From NCBI GenBank assembly GCA_963803975.1, contig CAWDOY010000014.1, positions 32,001-96,000 of the forward strand: a DNA stretch of 64,000 bases, in the 5' to 3' direction. A model generated the notes under the pieces. It was not told the origin of the DNA and did no database searches. It was given only the letters and a program-made list of their open reading frames with translations. Below, piece after piece: positions 10,318 through 18,826 of the stretch (its first letter is position 1; each line of letters starts with the position of its first letter). The position numbers were made by a program, and so were the translations under genes. The stretch comes from an uncultured delta proteobacterium (GTDB taxonomy: Bacteria > Desulfobacterota > WTBG01 > CAIYCZ01).

Positions 10318-11244
10318 TTATTGGCACCCAACTGGCGGCATTTCCAGATCATGGCTATTCGTATAAATTTCAACCCGTGTATCACTCTGCGCAATTGATC
10401 CATTAATATACTGAAACGCAGCTGAATCACATTTTAAATATGTCTCAAGAAAGGCCGTTCCATAGCGCCGGTAGCTTTTGTTGTGATATTCATCCCATCC
10501 CAGATTCCCACATATGAATGCACACAGCAGATTATAGCTTGACTCGATGTCGCAATGATCGGCCCCTCTTACTTTCATACCATACGCTGGACCTGTAACC
10601 TTATGGAATATTGCAGTACCATTGGTAAATAAATTGCACAGTGTGTTTTCTCCGAAAATGGTGACCGTAGGAGTGGTGATCATTGGTGCGTAATATTGAC
10701 TCAAACCATTTATATCCCCTGGGTCAAAGCACATTAATGCCCTATATTTTATCAATGCATTTGAGTCAGTATTATTTTTGGCAGTAGCGATTGCCGCCAC
10801 TACCCCTCCTGCTGAAACACCACCTACTGCCTGCTTAGTTTCGTCAATTTTCCCGCTTAAAGTGTTTTCCGGGTGTTTGCTTCTATTGACAGCCCAATTC
10901 ATGCAATCATTTATATCATCAGATTCTATTTCAAGATCGGGATATGATTCAGCCCGGGAATTTGGTAAAATGACAACAAAACCCCGAGACGCAAAATGTT
11001 CACCATATTTTATGAGCTGCAGATATTTTATTTTCCTCTTATTAAATCCATGTCTGATGGTTAAAAGAGGATATGCGTATTGGGCATTGGGCACATATAA
11101 TAATGCTGTTATTGCTCCGCCATCTCGAGCAGGAATTTTAACCGTGTATTGTGCCCAGGTATAACTTCCACGATCTTCAGGTGCTGCATACGCTATTGAG
11201 CACACTAAAAAAATGCTAACTACATAAAGCAATATTTGTTTCAT
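10318..11244 (-). CDS. Secreted alpha/beta hydrolase (chlorophyllase/cutinase-like)
   Basis: Signal peptide (AYA), HGF oxyanion motif, GVSAGG nucleophile elbow, and FDP and ADHCD as the likely acid and His residues. Confidence 0.8.
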   Translation of the reverse strand: MKQILLYVVSIFLVCSIAYAAPEDRGSYTWAQYTVKIPARDGGAITALLYVPNAQYAYPLLTIRHGFNKRKIKYLQLIKYGEHFASRGFVVILPNSRAESYPDLEIESDDINDCMNWAVNRSKHPENTLSGKIDETKQAVGGVSAGGVVAAIATAKNNTDSNALIKYRALMCFDPGDINGLSQYYAPMITTPTVTIFGENTLCNLFTNGTAIFHKVTGPAYGMKVRGADHCDIESSYNLLCAFICGNLGWDEYHNKSYRRYGTAFLETYLKCDSAAFQYINGSIAQSDTRVEIYTNSHDLEMPPVGCQ

Positions 11245-11428
11245 GGTGCACTTGTTTTGTAATAGTTAATAAATAATAAAGACCTCCACCAGCACACAGG
11301 CGGTTAGAGGTCAAATTTACTCTCCCTGCAAAGTTTATAGTGATATGCCCAATCATGGGATACCTCCAATAATAATAATTATACCCCCTTACAAGAAGCA
11401 TTCAATAAAAAATAAGGGTAAATGCCGA

Positions 11429-11563
11429 TATATTGTGGTGGGCATTACAGGATGAAAAGTGCAGCTTATGTATCAACAGCGAGAGAAGTGAGTCAACCAA
11501 AATTCATTGCACACTTCATTTGGCAAAGCATACGTGGCGGGCAAAAAAATCAGAGCAGAATGT
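11429..11563 (+). repeat. Diverged island repeat, copy B
   Basis: Direct repeat of 10174-10306 on the other side of the hydrolase gene. Confidence 0.8.
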
Positions 11564-11615
11564 TACTATTTGTGAAGAAACATGAGCCACAATATTTCAC
11601 TGATTCACACAACAT

Positions 11616-11723
11616 CCTCGGTGTTGCACTCACCGGCCCATGAAAAGTAAACTTACCGTCCAGGTCTATATCTTCCAGTAGGTAGGGATATCTCTTGCCG
11701 TTTGAGAACTAATTGGTAAACGA
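11616..11723 (-). pseudogene. Remnant of a secreted-protein C-terminal beta domain
   Basis: The minus strand reads SFTN*FSNGKRYPYLLEDIDLDGKFTFHGPVSATPR, with an internal stop and no start. From recall (not searched) it resembles C-termini of deltaproteobacterial exported proteins. Confidence 0.5.
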
Positions 11724-11807
11724 AGTCGTATTCACCCATATGGCAGGTCGCGTGGCATTGATGTAAAATAGCTTGAGGCGTTGCGGACTGTCTGATATGT
11801 AAGGTTC

Positions 11808-13079
11808 ATGGGGAAAAAAGCGATCAAAGAAGAAAAACATACCCCTGCCGTGCACTACGGCATCATTGTTCTTGCACTCATCGTGCTTGCGGTGTTTAGC
11901 GCGCTTGGGCTGGCGCGGTTTGGCTACACCAGCATCCTGCCCGCAATGCAGGATGGACTGAAGCTGTCAAATACGCAGACCGGTGAACTTCAGACGCTTA
12001 ACCTTGTCGGCTATTTACTCACGGTCGTGTTTGCCGGCATGCTCGCTGCCCGCCATGGCCCCCGCGTTGTCATTTCAGTCTCGCTACTTATTGTCAGCCT
12101 TTCGATGGTTCTCACGGGGCTTGTTCCCGCTTTCGGCTCCGCGTGCATTGCCCGCTTCTTTGCAGGCGTTGGCGGAGCCGGTGGCAATGTTCCGGCCATG
12201 GGGCTTGTTTCAGCATGGTTTGGTACACGGCGGCGCGGGCTTGCATCCGGTATTGGCGTTGCAGGTTCAAGCTTTGGCCTTATTGTGACAGGGCCCCTGA
12301 TCCCTGCGATTCTAAGCACCTTTGGCCCGGATGGCTGGCGCATCAGCTGGTATGTGCTCGGAGCGCTGGGGCTTGCTGCTTGTGTACTGTGCGCTCTGTT
12401 TCTGCGAAACCTCCCGGATGAGATGGGGCTCAAGCCGCTCGGTGACAGCGAATCTGAAACAATACTGCGCAGCTCTGAAAATGGTGCTACGGCTTTAAAT
12501 TGGGGACTTGTCTATAAATCCCGCACGCTGTGGCAGCTTGCCGCTATCTACTTTGCCTTCGGATTTTCCTATATCATCTATTCGACTTTTTTTGTCAAAC
12601 ACCTGGTGAAGGAGGGCGTCTTTACGGCAGCCGACGCAGGTTTGCTCTGGATGAAGATCGGGATTGTGTCACTGGCGAGCGGTTTTATCTGGGGAGGCGT
12701 CTCGGACCGTTTTGGACGGCGGCTCACCCTGGTGTGGGTCTTTACGCTTCAGGGCATATCGTTTACCATGTTCAGCCTGAGCCATGATCTCACTGCTATT
12801 TACTTTTCCTCTGTACTGTTTGCGCTCACCGCATGGAGCATACCTGCGCTCATGGCCGCACTTGCCGGCGACGCATTCGGCCGGCGTCTTGCTCCTGCAG
12901 CCCTTGGCCTCATGACGATCATATTTGGCATTGGGCAGGCCATGGGGCCTTATCTTGCAGGAGTGCTGGCGGACTCAACGCAGTCATTTTCATCAGCATT
13001 TGTCATCGCCGGGGTGGTTGCCCTGGTTCTGGGCGCAGGGGGATCGCTTGCTCTTCGGACAACAGGGGGCGTAACCTGA
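11808..13079 (+). CDS. MFS transporter (YbfB/YjiJ-like)
   Basis: About 12 hydrophobic segments, GLARFGYT, and the GGVSDRFGRR MFS motif A. Confidence 0.88.
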   Translation: MGKKAIKEEKHTPAVHYGIIVLALIVLAVFSALGLARFGYTSILPAMQDGLKLSNTQTGELQTLNLVGYLLTVVFAGMLAARHGPRVVISVSLLIVSLSMVLTGLVPAFGSACIARFFAGVGGAGGNVPAMGLVSAWFGTRRRGLASGIGVAGSSFGLIVTGPLIPAILSTFGPDGWRISWYVLGALGLAACVLCALFLRNLPDEMGLKPLGDSESETILRSSENGATALNWGLVYKSRTLWQLAAIYFAFGFSYIIYSTFFVKHLVKEGVFTAADAGLLWMKIGIVSLASGFIWGGVSDRFGRRLTLVWVFTLQGISFTMFSLSHDLTAIYFSSVLFALTAWSIPALMAALAGDAFGRRLAPAALGLMTIIFGIGQAMGPYLAGVLADSTQSFSSAFVIAGVVALVLGAGGSLALRTTGGVT

Positions 13080-13152
13080 GCATGTTAGAGCCAGTTGTGC
13101 TGTGACTAAATGAGGGACACCTATTGTTTGCATTGCTCGCCCCGCATCAAGT

Positions 13153-13455
13153 TCAGCGTGGAGATTTGTAGAGGTCGTCGTGGTCAAGGCAGCGAAGAAG
13201 CAGTATGTCTCCCGCCCAGTCAGGGTTACCTGATGAAAGATACTGCCGTGGCTCAAAGGCTATTCTGTATCTGCGGGCAATCCGTATAGACCATGCCGAG
13301 GGGTCATTGATGTTGCGCTCAAGCTTCAATCCGGGATGCAGAGGGTTGGATTCCAAAATCGTAAGTGCTTTTGCCAGTTTTTTCCGCAACGGCATGTCGG
13401 ACTGGAACGCGTCTATGTCGTGTAGAAATTTTTTACTTGGTATCAGGTTCGGCAT
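13153..13455 (-). CDS. RelE/ParE-superfamily toxin
   Basis: 100 aa with NPLHPGLKLE, WSIRIARRYRI and C-terminal LDHDDLY. Overlaps the upstream antitoxin. Confidence 0.7.
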   Translation of the reverse strand: MPNLIPSKKFLHDIDAFQSDMPLRKKLAKALTILESNPLHPGLKLERNINDPSAWSIRIARRYRIAFEPRQYLSSGNPDWAGDILLLRCLDHDDLYKSPR

Positions 13456-13696
13456 TCTTCATGTCCTTAACAAGCCATGCGGGAAGCTTCCCGGTGCCGC
13501 TCTTGTGCCCTTCGTGGAGTTTTGCACTGCCTGCTTCACTGACTTTGACATTGCGGTAAATTGACACGGGATGGAGCACGATAGCCCCAGCGCTTTCAAT
13601 GGACAGATCAAGATATGATCCGATGCCCAGGCCAAACTCCTTGCGGACTTCAGCCGGCAGGTTGATGCTGCCTCTCTTATCGATAGCTATAAGCAT
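13433..13696 (-). CDS. AbrB/MazE/SpoVT-family antitoxin
   Basis: IDKRGSINLPAEVRKEFGL swapped-hairpin motif, immediately upstream of the toxin. Confidence 0.8.
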   Translation of the reverse strand: MLIAIDKRGSINLPAEVRKEFGLGIGSYLDLSIESAGAIVLHPVSIYRNVKVSEAGSAKLHEGHKSGTGKLPAWLVKDMKNAEPDTK

Positions 13697-13889
13697 ATGT
13701 TTCCCCTTTATGATGGGGTTTTTTAGCATCTATCAATGAGCATAGTCGCAAAACGTCATTTAACTCATTATGATATTTTATGGCTCACTCAGTACAGCGC
13801 CCCACAAACAAAAAGGAACGACTATGGTAGAGTAGAGAGCGGACGCCAGCTAATTCCCGGTGCGAAAGCGCTGACGGAGACGAGCCTAT

Positions 13890-14040
13890 CAGGTTGTTGG
13901 AAAGTAGTTTTCTCCCCGGCTGGTCAAAAACATCCGGATGCAAGGCGCGCGAAATCCTGAGGAATGAGGCGTACGGTACCGTACGTCGCAATGACGAAGG
14001 ATGAGCACAACGAAGCAGATGGGTGTTTTTCAACAGCCTG
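13890..14040 (+). mobile_element. MITE-like repeat, copy 2 (subtype B)
   Basis: CAGGTTGTTGGAAAG...TTTTTCAACAGCCTG followed by CTAG, a few bases from the TonB receptor stop codon. Confidence 0.8.
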
Positions 14041-14047
14041 CTAGTAA

Positions 14048-15988
14048 TTAAAACCGGTAGTTGATCGTGATAAAGGTTGCGCGGCCCATACCGTCCACCA
14101 ACCCGAAGACACCCCGCGTGTCGTACTTCTTAGCCGTTATGTTCTTAATCTTGAGCGCCAGCTCCAGGTTCTTAACCGGCAGATCCTTTACCTGAAGATA
14201 AAAATCCCACAGCACGTAGGAGCCTAAGTTCTTGAGCTGGCTTACGGAAGGCTCCGTTGCCTGGGCCAGCGTGCCCAGCTTTCGCTCACCCACATAGTTT
14301 AATTCCAGGCTGGCGCGGCAGTGGCGCAGAAAACTGTAGTCGATGCCGCAGTTAAACACATTGTTCGGGGCCACGTTTAAAAAACTCTCAATGGTGCTTT
14401 CCGTGGTCTGGCCGGGATCTTCAGCGCTGGGGATATCAATGGTTGCCTGGGTGCCGCGCTGCCGGTTGCCGAACAAATGGGAATAGTTGGCGTACACCGA
14501 CACTGAGCGCAGCGGCTTGCCGGTTATTGAAAGTTCCACGCCCCTGATGTTCTCCTCGCCGATATTTCTGACTGTTCCCGAGGCATCGCGCTCAATAAGA
14601 TCCTTCAGCTTGTTATAAAAAAAGTTGAGCTCAACGCCAAACAGATTTTTATAGTGAAAGCCCAGCTCCGCCTCATAGCTGTCGATGCGCTCGGGGTTAA
14701 GGCCGATCTGCTCGATCAGGAATGCCAGGGTCGGGGTGCGAAAGGCCCGGCCGTAGAGCAGCTTGGTATTGAAGTAGTCCCAGAACAGATAGTTGAGTCC
14801 CGCGCGCGGGCTGGTAAATTTTCCATAGATACTGTGGTCGTCATAGCGGACGCCTGCTGTTGCCTCAAGATTCTTCGCGATCTTCCACTTGTCCTGGAAA
14901 TAGACGGAATAGCGCCGCGTGTAATAGCGCCGGAAATAATCAAAATTTTGATCCTCAAAGGTAAACGTGGTCCTGCTGCCGTCATTATAGCGAAACGATG
15001 ACCCCAGGGATAGATAATGCTGTTCCAACAGTCTGAAATCATACTTGGCCTCAAGGGCATACTGCTTGTTGTTCTGCGTGAATTGCGATTTCCCGTAATT
15101 GTCAAGGTTGTCAAAATACTGAAACCACCCCTGCAGGGAGAAAGCGGATTTTTCGAAGCTCTTGTTAAGCGTCGCCTGGATGAAAGAAAACGGCTTGTGC
15201 TCCGAGCCCTCATACATAAAGACCGGCTCAGAATAAAAATCGCGGTAGCGCGAATAGCGGCCGGAGATTTCCAGGATATCTTTGTAGCTGAGCTTGCCAT
15301 AGGCTTCATCATAGTGATCATGGGGCCGCTCCTGCCCGTTATGCAGGTCATGCTCAAACCCCTTGGTCTTGGTGGTTGACATAAACAGCAGGCCATCCCA
15401 GTCATTGCGGTTAAAGCCGCTGACGGATTCCGCCCGCTTGGTATCAAACGAGCCGCCCTCTGTGGTCAGCGAAACCCCCTGCAGGTCAGCCCCCTTCCTG
15501 GTGACCAGATTAATGATGCCGGAGAATGCATCAGGCCCCCACAGGGCAGAGCCCGGCCCGCGGACGATTTCAATTTTCTCGATGTAGTTAAGGGACAGGT
15601 CCAGTCCCCGGGGGTAATCAATGGTGGTCGCGTCGCAGGAAAACGGCACCCCGTCCATCAGCACCAGAAACGAGTCGGGAATGCCGCGCAGGTAAATGCG
15701 CTCTTTAACTTCATTGCGGTCGATAAAAAATCCCGGTACCCGGCGCAGCACCTCCGCCAGGGTACGATATTTTTTCAGCTCCTCGCCGCTTATAACCGTA
15801 ACCGCGGCCGGGGCGCGCTGCAGCGTTTCTATGCGGCGTGAAGCAATTGAGACCGTGTACAGCTCTTCGCCAAGAAACATAAGCTCGGTTTCCTCAAACG
15901 CCGGGACCTTTTCCTGGGCCAGTGCCACGGCATATCCCCCGCTGACAAGCAGAGACAGTATCACCGCGGCACCTATACATCCTGCCAC
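14048..15988 (-). CDS. TonB-dependent outer-membrane receptor
   Basis: Signal peptide, plug motifs (APAAVTVIS, IEKIEIVRGPGSALWG, GIINLVT) and a C-terminal aromatic strand ending INYRF. Confidence 0.92.
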   Translation of the reverse strand: MAGCIGAAVILSLLVSGGYAVALAQEKVPAFEETELMFLGEELYTVSIASRRIETLQRAPAAVTVISGEELKKYRTLAEVLRRVPGFFIDRNEVKERIYLRGIPDSFLVLMDGVPFSCDATTIDYPRGLDLSLNYIEKIEIVRGPGSALWGPDAFSGIINLVTRKGADLQGVSLTTEGGSFDTKRAESVSGFNRNDWDGLLFMSTTKTKGFEHDLHNGQERPHDHYDEAYGKLSYKDILEISGRYSRYRDFYSEPVFMYEGSEHKPFSFIQATLNKSFEKSAFSLQGWFQYFDNLDNYGKSQFTQNNKQYALEAKYDFRLLEQHYLSLGSSFRYNDGSRTTFTFEDQNFDYFRRYYTRRYSVYFQDKWKIAKNLEATAGVRYDDHSIYGKFTSPRAGLNYLFWDYFNTKLLYGRAFRTPTLAFLIEQIGLNPERIDSYEAELGFHYKNLFGVELNFFYNKLKDLIERDASGTVRNIGEENIRGVELSITGKPLRSVSVYANYSHLFGNRQRGTQATIDIPSAEDPGQTTESTIESFLNVAPNNVFNCGIDYSFLRHCRASLELNYVGERKLGTLAQATEPSVSQLKNLGSYVLWDFYLQVKDLPVKNLELALKIKNITAKKYDTRGVFGLVDGMGRATFITINYRF

Positions 15989-16025
15989 GCTGCGGTGAAC
16001 GCATCTGGTGGATAGATCTTTATAT

Positions 16026-17393
16026 TCATTGCTCTGTCTCCTTTAGCTGTTTAAGGAGGCTCCTGAATTTTCCCCGGGAAAGTCCCAGCAGTTTTGCCGC
16101 AGCCGTCTGGTTATTCTGCGCCCTGCGCAAAGACTGCCGCACTATTTCCCGCTCCATGTCCTCAAGATTAATACCTTCCTCGGGAAGGGGAAACTGCTGC
16201 TCTCCGGCCGGAATAGTACCCGGCGCTGCGGCCAGAAAGCGGAGCGTCTCAGGAGTAATCGCTCCGTCTTTTGATAATATGACCGCCCGCTCAATGGCAT
16301 TTTCCAGCTCCCGGACATTGCCCGGCCAGGCATATTTCTTGAGGATCCGTTTTGCCGCTTCATCTATCTGGGGGTTCGGTTTTCCCATCGCCTGGCAGAA
16401 GCGCTGCAGGAAATGCGCGCCAAGCAGGATTATGTCATTGCCCCGTTCCCTGAGGGGCGGAAGGGTTAACGGAAAAACATTGATGCGATAAAAAAGGTCC
16501 TGCCGAAAAGTACCTTTTTCCACCTGCTCCTCCAAAGCTTTATTGGTTGCGCAGATTACCCGCACATCAGATTTTAATGTCTCGGTGCCGCCCACCCGTT
16601 CAAACTCCCGTTCCTGTAAAAAGCGCAGCACCTTGGGCTGGGCTTCCATGCTGAGGTCGCCGATCTCGTCAAGAAAAATGGTGCCGCCGTGGCCCAGCTC
16701 AAACCTTCCCATCTTCTGTTTGTCGGCGCCGGTAAATGCGCCTTTTTCATGGCCGAACAGTTCGCTTTCAATAAGCGTGTGCGGAATTGCCGCGCAGTTG
16801 ATGGCCATAAATCGTTTGCCGCTTCTGCTGCTGTTGTGATGGATGACGCGTGCCAGCAGTTCTTTGCCGGTGCCGCTTTCCCCGAGGATCAACACCGTTG
16901 TCTGCGGGCTCTGGGCAACATGAGCAGCCGGCTGTAAAATAGAGAGCATCTGCTGCGATTCAGCAACGATATTGGAAAAATTAAATGACGCGGAGAGCTC
17001 TTCCCGGTGAATCAGCTGTTCTTCAAGCAGGTCAGAGATCCGCATATAGCGCTTGACCTTGCTGATGATTTTTTCTTCATCAAACGGCTTGGTAAAATAG
17101 TAGAGCGCCCCCTCCTCCATGGCATCAGCAGCTGACTCAATGGAGCCGAAGGCGGTGAGAACGATGACCGGATAGTCGGGATCAATTTTTTTAATTTCTT
17201 TCAGCAGCGTCATCCCATCCATGACCGGCATTTTAAGGTCGGTGATGACCATCCCGAAATTATACTTTTTTATGAGCTGCAGCGCTTCCTCGCCATTGGC
17301 CGCCTGCGCTGTTTCAAAGCCCTGACGCTCCAGCATGAGCTGCAGGATGTGCCGCAGCTTTTCTTCATCATCAACAATAAGAATCCTGTTCAT
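16026..17393 (-). CDS. Sigma54-dependent response regulator (NtrC/AtoC family)
   Basis: Receiver domain (VDDE, DLKMP), GESGTGKE Walker A, GAFTGA, FLDEIG, WPGNVREL and a Fis-type HTH. Confidence 0.95.
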   Translation of the reverse strand: MNRILIVDDEEKLRHILQLMLERQGFETAQAANGEEALQLIKKYNFGMVITDLKMPVMDGMTLLKEIKKIDPDYPVIVLTAFGSIESAADAMEEGALYYFTKPFDEEKIISKVKRYMRISDLLEEQLIHREELSASFNFSNIVAESQQMLSILQPAAHVAQSPQTTVLILGESGTGKELLARVIHHNSSRSGKRFMAINCAAIPHTLIESELFGHEKGAFTGADKQKMGRFELGHGGTIFLDEIGDLSMEAQPKVLRFLQEREFERVGGTETLKSDVRVICATNKALEEQVEKGTFRQDLFYRINVFPLTLPPLRERGNDIILLGAHFLQRFCQAMGKPNPQIDEAAKRILKKYAWPGNVRELENAIERAVILSKDGAITPETLRFLAAAPGTIPAGEQQFPLPEEGINLEDMEREIVRQSLRRAQNNQTAAAKLLGLSRGKFRSLLKQLKETEQ

Positions 17394-17407
17394 GGTTTGC
17401 TCCTCGA

Positions 17408-18826
17408 TTACATTGGCAGGAGGATGGTGAACGTTGTGCCTCCTCCGGTAAAATCTGAAATCTGAATCACCCCGTCGTGGTTGTCGACAATCTTTTTTAC
17501 AATTGAAAGCCCCAGACCGGTGCCCGTTGCGTTCGTTGTATAGAACGGATCAAAAACCTTTTCCTTCTCCGGATCCGGGATGCCTCCCCCGGTATCGCTC
17601 ACCTGGATGCGCACCCTGGCATCACTGACATCGGTTTTAAAATAGATATCCCCCTGCTGCGTTATGGCCTGTGCTGCGTTAGAGAGCAGGTTAAGCAGCG
17701 CCTGGTATATTTGATGGTCATCGATGGCGATGGCTGGCAGCGGGACGAGCGATCGATGCAGGGTGATCTTCTTGTGCGCCTCTTCCGGGATCATAAAGTG
17801 GGTTGTCACCTTTTCGATAATCGCATTGATATCGGAGAGCGCTTTCTGTGGCGGCTGTGGCTTGGCAAAGGACAGAAAATCGTCAATAAGCCGGTTGAGG
17901 CGCTTGATTTCATCCTGGATGTAGCGAACCATGGTTGCCTTGATCTCCGCCTTCGTGTCAGTTTTCGACAGGATATCTACCGAGCCTTTTATGATGCCGA
18001 TCGGATTTTTCAGCTCATGGGCAATCATCATGGAAAACTTGCCGATTTCTGCCATCCGCTCCTTCTGGGAAAGCTCCCGGTAGGTTGTTTCCAGCTCCTG
18101 TTTCTTCTTTATCAGGGAGGAGGCCATGATGTTAAAAGAGTCGGTGAGTTCCCCCAGTTCATCGTCCCTGCTTACATCCATGCGCTCTTCCCAGTTGCCG
18201 CGGGCAATGGAAGATGTTGCCCGGGCCAGCCGCTGTATGGGCCGAATCAGCGTATAGGAAAAATAGACCGCGCCCACGCTGCCGATGATGGTGGCGATGG
18301 TTGCCGAGAGAAATATCCACCAGCGGATGCGGTTGAGCGTTTCAATGATGCCCTCCCGTGAGAAGATCACCTCAATGGTTCCGATTGGCTGACCTTTGGC
18401 GCCGGTGTTTTGTTCAGGCCGGCTGCCGTCTAAATAAAGGCTCATGTCATCGGTGCTGCCCCGTGCTCCCTCCGGGATAAGATATGCCGGCTGGCTGATC
18501 TTTTCCTGCTGCCACCACCAGAGGGTTCTCCCCTTGCTGATATCCACCAGCACCGTGTTCTGTTCGTTAACGATGCGTACCTTTTGCACATCATTTTCCC
18601 GCATGAGATTCTGCGCCAGGGTCTTCAGGGTGTCTTTGTTTTCCAGCAGCAGGGGCAGCTCCGCATTCAACGCCAGATTCTGCACCAGTGACTGGCCCCG
18701 CTTGGCAAATTCATACAGCAGTGCCTTGCGGGACTGATAGACCAGGATGATGCTGAACATCAGGGAAATAAAAACGATCAGAAAAATGGTTATAAAAATA
18801 AATTTAATATTGAGTCCCCACTTCAT
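17408..18826 (-). CDS. HAMP-domain sensor histidine kinase
   Basis: Two TM helices, HAMP domain, HELKNP H-box, and N/G1/F/G2 boxes (DTGGG, FDPFYTT, GTGLGL). Confidence 0.95.
   Translation of the reverse strand: MKWGLNIKFIFITIFLIVFISLMFSIILVYQSRKALLYEFAKRGQSLVQNLALNAELPLLLENKDTLKTLAQNLMRENDVQKVRIVNEQNTVLVDISKGRTLWWWQQEKISQPAYLIPEGARGSTDDMSLYLDGSRPEQNTGAKGQPIGTIEVIFSREGIIETLNRIRWWIFLSATIATIIGSVGAVYFSYTLIRPIQRLARATSSIARGNWEERMDVSRDDELGELTDSFNIMASSLIKKKQELETTYRELSQKERMAEIGKFSMMIAHELKNPIGIIKGSVDILSKTDTKAEIKATMVRYIQDEIKRLNRLIDDFLSFAKPQPPQKALSDINAIIEKVTTHFMIPEEAHKKITLHRSLVPLPAIAIDDHQIYQALLNLLSNAAQAITQQGDIYFKTDVSDARVRIQVSDTGGGIPDPEKEKVFDPFYTTNATGTGLGLSIVKKIVDNHDGVIQISDFTGGGTTFTILLPM

Noticed and set aside
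10174..11563. Integron attC or dif/pdif identity for the island repeats
   Set aside because: There is no RYYYAAC...GTTRRRY long hairpin and only a partial GCATAATGT resemblance to a XerC arm. No integrase is in the window.
13820..13889. GC-rich potential hairpin upstream of the TA pair, possible riboswitch
   Set aside because: It has no recognisable aptamer consensus and is single-copy. An Rfam search would be needed.
13736..14033. Short ORFs such as MKNTHLLRCAHPSSLRRT (also 40672-41031, 46163-46512, 48066-48248)
   Set aside because: They are translations of the MITE-like repeat, not independent genes.
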